A stretch of 64,000 bases of DNA from Thermoplasmatota archaeon. GTDB lineage: Archaea; Thermoplasmatota; E2; DHVEG-1. Of this stretch, positions 38,533-49,214 are shown piece after piece. The stretch lies in contig JAFGML010000039.1 in the NCBI GenBank assembly GCA_016927555.1, positions 9,839-73,838 on the forward strand, in the 5' to 3' direction. A model generated the notes under the pieces. The model was given only the letters and a program-made list of their open reading frames with translations, ran no database searches and was not told where the DNA came from. The translations under genes and the position numbers were made by a program. Position 1 is the stretch's first letter. Each line of letters begins with the position of its first letter.

Positions 38533-39447
38533 ATGGGGTTTCGTAGTACTCTTGAACAGGTGCTTGCAGAAGGCCGGTTTGTCGTGACTGCTGAGATTGG
38601 TCCTCCAAAAGGAGCAGATGCAGAGAAGATTCGGCAGAAAGCAACGCTTCTGAGAGGGTTTGCCCATGCGTTTAATGTCACGGATAATCAGACGGCGGTT
38701 GTCCGGCTGTCCAGCCTTGCAGCAAGTGTTATTCTTCTCCAGATGAAGCTGGAGCCGGTGATGCAGATGACGTGTCGTGACCGGAATCGTATTGCGCTGC
38801 AAAGTGATGTGCTAGGTGCGGCTGCCCTGGGGGTTCGGAACATGCTGTGTTTGACGGGTGATCATCAGTCGTTTGGGAATCATCCTTCCGCACGAGGGGT
38901 GTTTGATGTGGATTCTATTCAGCTGCTGCACATGATTGGCGACATGCGGGATCGTGGTGTATTTCAGAGTGGTGATAAATTGCGTGCGACGCGTCCTGAG
39001 GTGTTTCTTGGTGCCGCGGCGAATCCCTATGCTGATCCACTTGAGTTGCAGCTGATGCGACTGCAGAAAAAAATTGCTGCAGGCGCTCAGTTTATTCAGA
39101 CGCAAAGCGTGTATAATGTGGAGAAATTTTTATGCTGGATGGATGCGGTGCGTTCCTTGGGTCTTGATAAGGAAGTCCACATCCTTGCTGGTGTCACACC
39201 GTTGAAATCCGTGAAGATGGCTGAGCGGATGAAATTTCATGTACCGGGAGCTGATGTACCGGATGCGGTGTATCAGAGAATGAAGAGTGCGTTGAATCCC
39301 AAGGAAGAAGGTTATGCGATTGCTTTGGAAACTCTGCGGTCTTTAAAAAAGGTGTCTGGTGTGAAAGGAGTCCATCTGACTGCCTTGTTTTGGGAGGAGA
39401 TTATCCCTTCGTTGGTAAAAGACGTAGGGCTACACCCTAGTCTCTAG
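38533..39447 (+). CDS. metF: Methylenetetrahydrofolate reductase
   Basis: TAEIGPPKG, NVTDNQ, MTCRDRNRIALQSD, LTGDH, FIQTQ. Confidence 0.95.
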   Translation: MGFRSTLEQVLAEGRFVVTAEIGPPKGADAEKIRQKATLLRGFAHAFNVTDNQTAVVRLSSLAASVILLQMKLEPVMQMTCRDRNRIALQSDVLGAAALGVRNMLCLTGDHQSFGNHPSARGVFDVDSIQLLHMIGDMRDRGVFQSGDKLRATRPEVFLGAAANPYADPLELQLMRLQKKIAAGAQFIQTQSVYNVEKFLCWMDAVRSLGLDKEVHILAGVTPLKSVKMAERMKFHVPGADVPDAVYQRMKSALNPKEEGYAIALETLRSLKKVSGVKGVHLTALFWEEIIPSLVKDVGLHPSL

Positions 39448-39602
39448 AGAGGCAAGTTTTTTTTTGGTATTTTCCTTCTGATTTTTTTTGTAGTTACTTT
39501 TGACGTCATTTTGTCATTGTGCTATTTTCGCGGCTAAGCTTTAAATAACATTTTGCCAGAAAGTAACATGTCAACACGAGACACGGAAGGAAGAGGTAGC
39601 AC

Positions 39603-40316
39603 ATGACCATCCGTAGACGGTTATTCATCATCGGGATGCTTGTCCTGGTTACTGCAATGGTAATGGCCACACAGTACGCCGTCACCCGACTTGGCTACGA
39701 CTACAACATCGTTCACCCCTCAGATGGGAACCTCCGTTTCATTGGATCAGACAATGCGTCTGATAACATCCGACTGCTACGCATCTCAGGAACGAACGGC
39801 ACCACAGCAGCACTCCGACTTGCTTTTGGAAACTTCAGCACCAATCAATCGTTCACCTACAGCGCAGCCTTTGGCATAGTCAATGAGGAACAATTCCCTG
39901 TGAACATCACGCACATCAATGTCATGTCTTCGAATTGGACGTACATGAAGATCTGGCTCCATGGTGATCGTGATGCTGATGCACACCTGAACACCACCGA
40001 TCCCAGTACTGTGTATATGTTCAATAATGGAACCGTTGTCAATGTCAGTAATACCACCGCCTGGATACTGGCCCCAGGGAATAACAACGCCAGCGACATG
40101 TGTAGCAATGTCTCTGATCGTGCCAACAACAGCTGTAACACCACCTGGGATGAGACCGCTCATGTGCGGTTCTCTAGGAACAACACCAACGCGGTCAGTA
40201 ATCTGTCTGACTACGTCTGGGTGCAAATCGAAATAGAAATTGAACAGGTGATTGACTACAGCGGTCAGCACACGGGGATCATCTACCTGTACTTCGAAGC
40301 TGAAACCCTGCCATAG
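39603..40316 (+). CDS. Small secreted all-beta protein very rich in N-glycosylation sequons
   Basis: Signal peptide MTIRRRLFIIGMLVLVTAMVMA; 16 N-X-S/T sequons counted in 237 aa; GAGGT SD and TTTAAATA upstream. Confidence 0.85.
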   Translation: MTIRRRLFIIGMLVLVTAMVMATQYAVTRLGYDYNIVHPSDGNLRFIGSDNASDNIRLLRISGTNGTTAALRLAFGNFSTNQSFTYSAAFGIVNEEQFPVNITHINVMSSNWTYMKIWLHGDRDADAHLNTTDPSTVYMFNNGTVVNVSNTTAWILAPGNNNASDMCSNVSDRANNSCNTTWDETAHVRFSRNNTNAVSNLSDYVWVQIEIEIEQVIDYSGQHTGIIYLYFEAETLP

Positions 40317-40519
40317 GCCTCTCCGCCCCCCAAGTGTGTTTCTTTTTGTAGGAAGAGCTACCTGGTTGTAGTCGTGTCTATCTAGAGGCACTCTCCTTTT
40401 TTCATATAACAATATTAATATATTGAGCAAAAGAATATAATAACACAACAGATACGGGGCACCACCCTTCTCCTAATAAACACATAGGGAAAAGAAACCT
40501 TACACAACGAGAGACGACT

Positions 40520-43500
40520 ATGTTAGAACAACTCGGCAGAATCATTGAAAAACGACCGTGGGCGGTTGTCATCCTCATTCTCCTGATTACCATAGGGTTC
40601 TCTCTCAATCTTCCTTCCTTGAAATTTCAAACCAACTTTGAGGATTTCGCTCCAGAGAACGCTCAAGTGCAGGCAAACGACCGCGTTTTAGACTACTTTG
40701 GGATGAGCTACCAAACCGTCATCGTTTATCTCAAAAAGGAGCAGGCAACAAGCACGATAACCCCCCAAGTCGTACGAGACCAATATCAGTTGATTAAAAA
40801 CTTCATGGACATCCCAGAAGTCAACGCAAGCATCTCCCTGACCACGTTTGTCGACATCATCTGCCAAATGGAATTTAACAAAACCATAGATACGTGCACA
40901 GATGAGCAACTTCAGAGTGCAATTCATGATTTACTCACTGAACAGTCCTCAGAACGTGTTGCTCTGTTTCCTACGGATGATCCCAATGAACCCGTTGATT
41001 ATGCTCGTGGTCTCAGGACACAGTCAGTTGAGAGTGCGGACCTTAAGAACTGCTACCTTCAAAAAGACGCGACAACCTTTCACTTTTCCTTTGAAGTCTA
41101 TTCGCTGGAGGATATCACCACCCCGCTTACTCCCCCTTTCTCTCGCGTGAACGCGATGGAATGGTTCTTGGGGTTTGAAAACATCTTACTTCCTCCTGAA
41201 TACGCCATGAAGTATCAACTCGCTGTACGGATTCAACCAACGTCGCCTTCATGGGAACTTGGCCAAGGCCTCCTTGAGAATCTGCGGCACCTCCTGAAAG
41301 AACGACGAACCATTCGGAATTCCTATGCAGCTTCTGCGTACCTCTGGGTTCAGCCGCCTGGACAAGACCTCTCGTTTCCCCTGCCGCTGACCTCAGCGAA
41401 CGTTACGTTTGATTCCTCTCACAACACCATCACCGTTGCAGTGTCACGACACGAGCTTGCTACGTACGGGATAGCTCCTCGATATGGGTCCTTTGAACTC
41501 CCCGCGAAATTAAATAATTTTTCAGCAGGGGTCAGGTACTATTCAACTCCCCTGCTCCATCGTCCCGGCAGCCGTGTGGTGGTCAACACCAGCTTTCTCT
41601 TTGATCGCTTGGAACGATTGCTCAGTCGCCCTGTTCTTGGTGGCCTTGCGGCACGTCTGTTCGAGCGGTACGGGATTGCTGTGGATGATCTCTCCTCGTT
41701 TTCCGAGATGATGCACGGCACAGAAATGGAAGCGCCAACCTTCTCTCTTACCTCACTTGAACCGTTCTGGACGTTGACTGATGGTGTACCAGACTCAGGA
41801 GTCTCACCGACCATCTATGCTGTGTTGCCTCAGTTGTTCTCGGATTTACGAATCAATGCCCTCTCATTTATCTCATCAGACTATCCACAGACACACCAAC
41901 CGCAGTCCAGCATCATCATCGTGCAACTGCAGGTTGATACTTCTAATACGGAACTTCTCTCCAGAGTCAATGGGAACATCCAACGCACGATTGAGACCTT
42001 TGATACACAACACTCCAGCATCACCCTTGAAGCCACGGGTGAAGGGATTGTCACAACGCAAATCAACGATGTGACCATGGAGGCAAATACGATCATCGGT
42101 CCAATGATATTCATTCTCATCCTCGGCATCCTGTTTGTAGCGTTCAGAAAACCCTCCTACGTGTTCCTCCCTATCCTCGTGTTTGCGTTCTCCTGCATCT
42201 GGCTGTTTGGAACCATGGCCTTGCTTGGGATTTCATTTAGTGTGATTGCTGTTGCGTTGCTTCCCTTGAACATCGGGCTGGGTGTTGAGTACTCCGTGAA
42301 CATTTTGTACAACTACCGGTTGGAGATACGCAAAGGACGAACACCGGCAGACGCCATTCGCCTTTCTATAAAAGAAGTTGGGATTGCTATCTTCTTAGCC
42401 TGGTTCACCACGTTTGTGGCGTTCCTGTCGTTCCTCAGCGCGACCCTGCCGCCCGTACGAGACTTCGGGATTTTCCTAGCCCTGGGTATTACGTACACCT
42501 TTGTCATCACCATGACGTTTCTGGTGGCACTCCGCTACATTGTTGATCGTCGACAGCAGCACCTCAACACTACTCAGAAGAATCGCTCGTTTTCTATGGC
42601 AGCAACCATGGGGCGTGTCGCCCAGGTGTTGATGCGTCATGAGAAGAAAGTCTTCCTGGTGACCATCATCCTCTGCTTGGTCATGGGGACTGCAGTATCA
42701 CAGCTCAAATCAGGGTTCAGCATGACGCAGTTCATCCCTCAGGATAACCCTGCCGTCCGTCTGTTTTCAACCATAGAAGAGGAGTTCCCGTTCTCGAGTC
42801 AAGAGCAGGAGTACATCCTCATTGAGGGCAATGTTGCCACCGTGCAGGCGTTACAGGGCATCAAACAGACGCATGAGCAGTTGACTGATGATGTGTACGT
42901 TGCTCGAAAGACTGATCAGAGTCCAAAAGCTGAGAGCATCTTTACGATTATCCGTCAAGCAGTCGAGAATAATAACTCTCTTGTCTCCCGGTTTCAGATT
43001 GATGAGTCCACGGGTCTGCCAGCTACTGATGATGATGTCTATCGTCTCTACTCCTATCTCTACGAGAATGATGCCTATGCGATGCAGGTTCAAGGTGTGT
43101 TATCCAGGGACGGGACACTGTTTACTGCCACCATGATTCGCGTGTATATTGATTTACCCCTAGGTGTGGATGATGTCACAAAGGAGTTTGAAACGTTGAG
43201 TGCGGAGCTCAACGACGATCTGACAGACTACGGTGAGGCTGAGGCGATCGTCACTGGGACGACACTGATCACCTTGACGATACTGCAGAATATGACCGAA
43301 AGTCAGATTCTCTCCACCGCCATTTGTTTTATTCTGGCGGCCATCATGCTGTCGTTGATTTACCGCAATCCAGTACTAGGATTAATTGGTATGATTCCTG
43401 TGAGTATTTCTATTATCTGGGTGCTGGGTAGCATGTATTTCATCGGCTATTCCCTCAATATCTTGACGATCACGGTGACCAGTATTACGATTGGTGTGGG

Positions 43501-43864
43501 TATTGATTACTCCTGCTACATCACCTCGCGGTTCCGCCTGGTTGCTGACAAAACCGGGGATGTGAAGAAGGCAGTGACTGAGACGATCTCATGGACCGGG
43601 AGTGCGATTTCTATTGCTGCGCTTGCCTCCATGTGTGGGTTTGGGATTCTGGCGTTTGCTCCTATCCCGCCGCAGCAGCAGTTCGGCATCATTACCGCTA
43701 TCACCCTTATTTATGCTTTTATTAGTTCGATTCTCATCCTCCCCTTGGTATTAGCGCGGTGGGCGCTCTGGAGGAAGAAGAAAAGAGGCTACATCATCAG
43801 CCCTGGTGCCCCCAAAGCATTGGATGGGATTGCTGAGGATGCTGAATACTTTGAGGAACAGTAA
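40520..43864 (+). CDS. MMPL/RND-family transporter with enlarged first extracytoplasmic loop
   Basis: Two RND halves: GLGVEYSVN and GVGIDYSCY, FLSFLSATLPPVRDFG, PIPPQQQFG. Confidence 0.93.
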   Translation: MLEQLGRIIEKRPWAVVILILLITIGFSLNLPSLKFQTNFEDFAPENAQVQANDRVLDYFGMSYQTVIVYLKKEQATSTITPQVVRDQYQLIKNFMDIPEVNASISLTTFVDIICQMEFNKTIDTCTDEQLQSAIHDLLTEQSSERVALFPTDDPNEPVDYARGLRTQSVESADLKNCYLQKDATTFHFSFEVYSLEDITTPLTPPFSRVNAMEWFLGFENILLPPEYAMKYQLAVRIQPTSPSWELGQGLLENLRHLLKERRTIRNSYAASAYLWVQPPGQDLSFPLPLTSANVTFDSSHNTITVAVSRHELATYGIAPRYGSFELPAKLNNFSAGVRYYSTPLLHRPGSRVVVNTSFLFDRLERLLSRPVLGGLAARLFERYGIAVDDLSSFSEMMHGTEMEAPTFSLTSLEPFWTLTDGVPDSGVSPTIYAVLPQLFSDLRINALSFISSDYPQTHQPQSSIIIVQLQVDTSNTELLSRVNGNIQRTIETFDTQHSSITLEATGEGIVTTQINDVTMEANTIIGPMIFILILGILFVAFRKPSYVFLPILVFAFSCIWLFGTMALLGISFSVIAVALLPLNIGLGVEYSVNILYNYRLEIRKGRTPADAIRLSIKEVGIAIFLAWFTTFVAFLSFLSATLPPVRDFGIFLALGITYTFVITMTFLVALRYIVDRRQQHLNTTQKNRSFSMAATMGRVAQVLMRHEKKVFLVTIILCLVMGTAVSQLKSGFSMTQFIPQDNPAVRLFSTIEEEFPFSSQEQEYILIEGNVATVQALQGIKQTHEQLTDDVYVARKTDQSPKAESIFTIIRQAVENNNSLVSRFQIDESTGLPATDDDVYRLYSYLYENDAYAMQVQGVLSRDGTLFTATMIRVYIDLPLGVDDVTKEFETLSAELNDDLTDYGEAEAIVTGTTLITLTILQNMTESQILSTAICFILAAIMLSLIYRNPVLGLIGMIPVSISIIWVLGSMYFIGYSLNILTITVTSITIGVGIDYSCYITSRFRLVADKTGDVKKAVTETISWTGSAISIAALASMCGFGILAFAPIPPQQQFGIITAITLIYAFISSILILPLVLARWALWRKKKRGYIISPGAPKALDGIAEDAEYFEEQ

Positions 43865-43921
43865 AGTTTCTATAGGCTAGCAGGATACCTGTGGAATAAG
43901 ACAATTTCAGGGTGTAGTGGT

Positions 43922-44908
43922 ATGCCACAGACGCGGATGAAAAAAATCCTGGTGACAGGTGCTGTTGGGCAGATTGGATCAGAGCTCACCATGCTGTTAC
44001 GAAAGAAGTACGGCAATGAGAATGTGCTTGCGACAGGAAGAAAAACCAAGCCGAGTGAGGAGCTGTTGAACTCTGGTCCTTTTGAGTACATTGATATTTC
44101 AAAACGTGAGACGATTGAAAAAGTCGTCACTGACTATGACATTGATACCATGTATAACATGGCTGCGATTCTGTCTGCGGTAGGAGAAGAAAAACCGTTG
44201 TTGTGTTGGGATGTGAACATCAACGGGTTGTACAACTGCTTAGAGGTGGCTCGTGAGCATAGCATGGTGCGTGTGTTTGTCCCCAGTTCTATAGCTGTGT
44301 TTGGCCCTGAAACCCCGAGGGATAACACGCCGCAGGAGACGATTCTGCGTCCGAAAACTATGTACGGGGTGACCAAGGTTGCTGGAGAGCTGCTTGGTGA
44401 TTACTACGTGAAGCGCTTCAACCTGGATGTGCGAGGGTTGCGCTACCCAGGCATCATCAGCAGTGAGACGCTGCCTGGTGGGGGGACGACTGACTATGCG
44501 GTTGAGATCTTCTACAAGGCGATCACCGAGAAGAAGTACACATGTTTTGTCCGTGGGGATACGGTGTTGCCGATGATGTACATGCCTGATTGTTTGAAAG
44601 GAACATTGGATTTGATGGACGCTGATGTGCTCAACTTGAAGCATCACTGTGATTTTAACATTGGGTCCATGAGTTTTTCTGCTGAGGAGCTGGCGACAGA
44701 GATTCAGAAGCACATCCCGGAGTTCACCTGTGAGTACAGACCTGATTTCCGTCAGGCGATCGCTGATTCCTGGCCTCGGTCCCTTGATGATCGTGCTGCG
44801 CGTAAGGAGTGGGGGTGGAAACCGCGGTATGGTCTTGCGGAAATGACGAAAGATATGCTGCAGAAGCTGCAGAAGCGACATGAAGAAGGCAGTCTGCTAG
44901 TGTCCTAG
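43922..44908 (+). CDS. tdh: SDR-type L-threonine 3-dehydrogenase (start may be 43937)
   Basis: ILVTGAVGQIG, AAILSAVGE, PSSIAVFG, MYGVTK, PGGGTTDYAVEIF, LPMMYMPD, RQAIADSWP. Confidence 0.88.
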   Translation: MPQTRMKKILVTGAVGQIGSELTMLLRKKYGNENVLATGRKTKPSEELLNSGPFEYIDISKRETIEKVVTDYDIDTMYNMAAILSAVGEEKPLLCWDVNINGLYNCLEVAREHSMVRVFVPSSIAVFGPETPRDNTPQETILRPKTMYGVTKVAGELLGDYYVKRFNLDVRGLRYPGIISSETLPGGGTTDYAVEIFYKAITEKKYTCFVRGDTVLPMMYMPDCLKGTLDLMDADVLNLKHHCDFNIGSMSFSAEELATEIQKHIPEFTCEYRPDFRQAIADSWPRSLDDRAARKEWGWKPRYGLAEMTKDMLQKLQKRHEEGSLLVS

Positions 44909-44983
44909 GTTCCTCCTTTTTTCTTGGTAGAAAGTTTTATGTGCTACAGAGTATTCAGGAGTGTGTTCTGAGGTGAAGGTACC

Positions 44984-46090
44984 GTGTCACAGCTTGAGGA
45001 AGCAGGAGTGGTTATGAAAGGAAATCTTGAGACCATTAAAGGGTATTTGGGTGCTGAGTCTGACTTGCTGTTGAAGCATACGTGTACGAAAATACCTAAG
45101 GAATCCTTGCATACGCCAGGACCAGAGTTCGTTGATGAGGTGTTTGTCCATTCCGATAGGAATAGTCAGGTGCTGCGGAACCTGAAGGCGTTGTACACCC
45201 ATGGGCGGTTAGCTGGCACCGGGTACTTATCTGTGTTACCCGTGGATCAGGGGATTGAGCATTCCGCGGTCGCGTCGTTTGCTCCTAATCCAATGTACTT
45301 TGATCCTGAGAACATTGTGAAGCTGGCGGTCAGCGGCGGGTGTAACGCTGTTGCTTCGACGTTGGGTGTGCTTGGTGCGGTGTCACGGAAGTACGCGCAT
45401 AAGATCCCGTTCATTGTGAAGCTTAACCATAATGAGTTGCTCACGTATCCGAATAGTTTTGATCAGATCATGTTTGCTGGTGTGGACCAGGCGTGGGAGA
45501 TGGGTGCTGCTGCGGTTGGGTGTACGATTTACTTTGGTTCGAAGGAGTCGACACGGCAGATCCAGGAGGTCAGCCAGGCGTTCCGCTATGCCCATGAGCT
45601 GGGGATGGCGACGATTCTGTGGTGTTACCTGCGCAACTCAGCGTTCAAAGCGGATGGCAAGGATTACCACACTGCTGCTGATCTCACGGGTCAGGCCAAC
45701 CACCTCGGGGTGACCATTGAAGCAGATATTGTGAAGCAGAAGCTTCCTGAGCTGACTGGTGGGTATCTTGCGTTGAACAAGGGTGGTGTGAAGTACGGGA
45801 AGTACAGTGAGAAAGCGTACACGGAGCTGTCGTCTGATCATCCGATTGATCTGACGCGGTATCAGGTCGCGAACTGTTATATGGGGCGTGTCGGGTTGAT
45901 TAACTCTGGTGGTGCGTCTGGGAAGGATGATCTCGCGCAAGCGGTGCGGACGGCAGTGATCAATAAACGGGCTGGTGGCTGTGGCCTGATCTCTGGGAGA
46001 AAAGCGTTTCAGAAGCCGTTTGAGGAGGGTGTGAAGCTGTTGCATGCGATCCAGGATGTGTACTTGTGTAAGGAGGTTACGATCGCGTAA
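44984..46090 (+). CDS. fbaB: Class I fructose-bisphosphate aldolase (FbaB/DhnA)
   Basis: [55 protein letters not shown]. Confidence 0.96.
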   Translation: MSQLEEAGVVMKGNLETIKGYLGAESDLLLKHTCTKIPKESLHTPGPEFVDEVFVHSDRNSQVLRNLKALYTHGRLAGTGYLSVLPVDQGIEHSAVASFAPNPMYFDPENIVKLAVSGGCNAVASTLGVLGAVSRKYAHKIPFIVKLNHNELLTYPNSFDQIMFAGVDQAWEMGAAAVGCTIYFGSKESTRQIQEVSQAFRYAHELGMATILWCYLRNSAFKADGKDYHTAADLTGQANHLGVTIEADIVKQKLPELTGGYLALNKGGVKYGKYSEKAYTELSSDHPIDLTRYQVANCYMGRVGLINSGGASGKDDLAQAVRTAVINKRAGGCGLISGRKAFQKPFEEGVKLLHAIQDVYLCKEVTIA

Positions 46091-46107
46091 TTTTTTTTTT
46101 TTTTTTT
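46091..46107 (+). terminator. T17 tract terminating tdh-fbaB
   Basis: 17 consecutive T directly after TAA, between convergent genes. Confidence 0.75.
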
Positions 46108-46606
46108 AATAGATGAGTACTGCTTTGACTCCTTTTGCAGCTTTTATTCTTGGGAGAAGAGTACCGGGAAGTTGCGTTTCAGTGATGATGAACAGCCGTG
46201 GTTCTTCGGTGAATTCAAAGTCATCGACAATGGCTTGTCTGATGCTGATGTGATGCTTGGCGATGATCGTGGCCACATCAGCAAGGATGCCTGGTGTGCT
46301 AGGGTCTGTCGGGATGATTTCAATGACCCCCCAGTGCAGGTGAGAGGCAACTTCTTTGAGGTGGCAGGTGGGGGTGAGGTGAGAGAAGATGTTAAAAAGT
46401 TCAGGTTCATTTCTGATGATATCTCGAGTAGCGGTCACCGCGCGTCTGTCCACATCGAACGCTCGTGCGATCTTGGAGTCTGAGAGTTCTATGGTGCCGC
46501 AGGCGAAGCTGTTGTGTGCGATGCGTACGCCGTATTCGAGGAGTTTTTGTGCGATTTTTTTCCGCTGGGGATACACCGTGAAGTAGTGTTCTATTTGTTT
46601 CCACAT
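46106..46606 (-). CDS. trpY: TrpY-type tryptophan-responsive regulator (HTH plus ACT domain)
   Basis: MWKQI..YP.R..IA, IARAFDVDRR, ACT segment PGILADVA..IAKHHISIRQA; divergent from trpB2 across TRP boxes; start ATG 46606. Confidence 0.85.
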   Translation of the reverse strand: MWKQIEHYFTVYPQRKKIAQKLLEYGVRIAHNSFACGTIELSDSKIARAFDVDRRAVTATRDIIRNEPELFNIFSHLTPTCHLKEVASHLHWGVIEIIPTDPSTPGILADVATIIAKHHISIRQAIVDDFEFTEEPRLFIITETQLPGTLLPRIKAAKGVKAVLIY

Positions 46607-46737
46607 GGTACAGAAGAGTACATTGATGGTATATAAATGCACTGTGTTTTTCTTAGTTTTTCCTCCAAATAATGTATAAAATTATACATCAATGTACAAT
46701 TTTAGAAAATTTTATATAGGTACAACACCCATATACA
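46607..46737. promoter_or_regulatory. Divergent trpY/trpB2 promoters with phased TRP boxes (TGTACA-like)
   Basis: TGTATA 46673, TATACA 46683, TGTACA 46693; GGTACA 46607, AGTACA 46617; TATA boxes at about 46630-46637 (-) and 46711-46718 (+). Confidence 0.8.
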
Positions 46738-46742
46738 AGAGT

Positions 46743-48083
46743 ATGAAGCACACAAAAATCATCCTTGACGAAAACGACATCCCGAAACACTGGTACAACA
46801 TCCAAGCAGATCTCAAAACACCCCTCGACCCACCACTCCATCCACAAACAAAACAACCTATCACACCTGATGACCTCAAAGCCATCTTCCCCCTCGAACT
46901 CATCAAACAAGAAGTCAGCAGACAACGCTACATCCCCATCCCACCAGCAGTACGAGACATCTATCGCCTCTGGAGACCAACCCCGTTGTACCGAGCACGA
47001 CGACTCGAAGCTACACTCAAGACACCAGCAGAAATCTACTACAAATGGGAAGGCACCAGCCCACCAGGCAGCCACAAACCCAACTCCGCAGTCGCTCAAG
47101 CCTACTACAACAGACAAGCAGGCAAAGAGCGCCTCGTCACAGAAACAGGTGCAGGACAATGGGGCTCAGCACTTGCGTTCAGCACCCATCTGTTTGGTCT
47201 CCAATGCCGCGTCTACATGGTCAAATGCAGCTACGAGCAAAAACCCTATCGACGTGTACTCATGGAAACTTGGGGAGCAGAAGTCTACCCTAGTCCAACC
47301 ACACTCACCAACGCAGGACGAGAGATCCTCAAAAAAGACCCCCAGACCACAGGAAGCCTAGGCATAGCTATCAGCGAAGCAGTCGAAGACGCAGCCACCC
47401 ATGACAACACCAACTACGCACTAGGCTCAGTCCTCAACCACGTGGTGCTCCATCAGACCGTGATAGGTCTTGAAATGAAACAACAGTTCAAACTCCTAGG
47501 AAAATACCCTGATATTCTCTGCGGCTGTGTCGGCGGCGGCAGCAACTTCTCAGGCTCCTGCTTCCCCTTCATTCAAGACAAAATCAACAAAAAACACCCT
47601 GACCTCAAGGTTATTTCCGTTGAACCCCTCGCCTGCCCAACACTCACCCAAGGTGACTACCGCTACGACTACGGGGACAGTGTTGGGCTGACCCCCCTCC
47701 TCAAAATGTACACCCTCGGTCACGACTTTGTTCCCCCGGCAATCCACGCAGGAGGATTACGCTACCACGGAGACTCACCACTGCTCTCCAAACTCACCAA
47801 AGAAGGCTACATGGAAGCACTCGCGTATACCCAGCAAGAAGTCTTTGAAGCAGCAGTGCTGTTCGCCCGCACAGAAGGATTCCTGGTTGCCCCTGAGTCA
47901 GCACACGCTATCCGGGCAGTCATCGATTACGCACGCATCTGTAAACAGAAAAAAGAGAAGAAGATCATTGTGTTCACAAACAGCGGCCATGGGCATTTCG
48001 ACCTCGCGGCCTACGACGCCTACCTGAATAAGAAGATCCCCAACGGAGAGTATAAAAAACAGATCAACACCATTGCAGTATAA
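46743..48083 (+). CDS. trpB2: Tryptophan synthase beta chain, TrpB2 type
   Basis: [23 protein letters not shown] (PLP Lys), [43 protein letters not shown]. Confidence 0.96.
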   Translation: MKHTKIILDENDIPKHWYNIQADLKTPLDPPLHPQTKQPITPDDLKAIFPLELIKQEVSRQRYIPIPPAVRDIYRLWRPTPLYRARRLEATLKTPAEIYYKWEGTSPPGSHKPNSAVAQAYYNRQAGKERLVTETGAGQWGSALAFSTHLFGLQCRVYMVKCSYEQKPYRRVLMETWGAEVYPSPTTLTNAGREILKKDPQTTGSLGIAISEAVEDAATHDNTNYALGSVLNHVVLHQTVIGLEMKQQFKLLGKYPDILCGCVGGGSNFSGSCFPFIQDKINKKHPDLKVISVEPLACPTLTQGDYRYDYGDSVGLTPLLKMYTLGHDFVPPAIHAGGLRYHGDSPLLSKLTKEGYMEALAYTQQEVFEAAVLFARTEGFLVAPESAHAIRAVIDYARICKQKKEKKIIVFTNSGHGHFDLAAYDAYLNKKIPNGEYKKQINTIAV

Positions 48084-48212
48084 ACAACTGTGTTCCCTCT
48101 TCTTTTTCTTTCTTCCCTAGTACTGTACGATATCTTTTTATATCACCGGAGTTCTTAAGAGAGGGGAGTTGATATCCCCCTGAGGATTCAACCATTTCTT
48201 GGGGTAGGAACC

Positions 48213-49214
48213 ATGAAAACACTAGATATCACAAAACTCAGACACGGCACTGACCTCGTGAAACGAGGATTTGCGAAAATGCAGAAAGGTGGTGTCATCA
48301 TGGATGTCACCACTGCAGACCAAGCGAAAATCGCAGAGAAGAGCGGGGCAGTCGCAGTCATGGCCCTCGAACGTGTCCCTGCAGATATCCGTGCCCATGG
48401 CGGCGTCGCACGCATGGCTGATCCTACCATCATCAAAGAGATTATTGACACGGTGAGCATCCCGGTGATGGCAAAAGCACGCATCGGGCATTTCGTCGAG
48501 GCTCAAGCACTCGAAGCCCTCGGGGTGGACATGATCGATGAGTCAGAGGTACTTACCCCAGCAGACCCTTTCTACCATATCGACAAGCGCACATTCACCA
48601 TCCCGTTTGTCTGCGGATGCCGCAACCTTAGCGAGGCAACACGACGTATCTTCGAGGGAGCAGCCATGATTCGGACAAAAGGAGAAGCAGGCACCGGCAA
48701 TATCATCGAAGCGGTCCGCCATCAACACATGGTCACGACCATGATTGCATCTTTACAACCGATGCAGAATGTACAATTACAGAAAGTAGCGGCAGAGTAT
48801 GCTCAAAGCTATGTGACGTCATACAAAACCCTCACGAATCAAAATGTACAACAAAAAACACAGGTATTTGCCGATTCAACATACGCCATGGTGAAAAAAG
48901 AGGTGTATGAAATTTTAAAGGAAATAAAAAAGTTGCAACGTCTCCCTGTGGTCAATTTTGCTGCAGGTGGGATTGCGACACCAGCGGATGCAGCTCTTAT
49001 GATGCAGATGGGCAGCGACGGGGTGTTCGTCGGCTCTGGTATCTTTAAATCAAAGAACCCGCAGCAGCGCGCCAAAGCAATCGTTGAGGCCGTCGCCCAT
49101 TACGACGATGCAAAGATAATCGCTGAGGTGAGTAAAAACCTGGGTGAGGCGATGCTTGGTCTTGACATTGGCACGATTCCCAAAGAGCAACTGCTCGCTG
49201 AACGAGGCTGGTAA
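48213..49214 (+). CDS. pdxS: Pyridoxal 5'-phosphate synthase lyase subunit
   Basis: [64 protein letters not shown]. Confidence 0.98.
   Translation: MKTLDITKLRHGTDLVKRGFAKMQKGGVIMDVTTADQAKIAEKSGAVAVMALERVPADIRAHGGVARMADPTIIKEIIDTVSIPVMAKARIGHFVEAQALEALGVDMIDESEVLTPADPFYHIDKRTFTIPFVCGCRNLSEATRRIFEGAAMIRTKGEAGTGNIIEAVRHQHMVTTMIASLQPMQNVQLQKVAAEYAQSYVTSYKTLTNQNVQQKTQVFADSTYAMVKKEVYEILKEIKKLQRLPVVNFAAGGIATPADAALMMQMGSDGVFVGSGIFKSKNPQQRAKAIVEAVAHYDDAKIIAEVSKNLGEAMLGLDIGTIPKEQLLAERGW

Noticed and set aside
39786-40448. 220-aa antisense ORF
   Set aside because: Overlaps a clear signal-peptide gene and has no recognisable features.
44240-44881. 213-aa antisense ORF
   Set aside because: Shadow of tdh.
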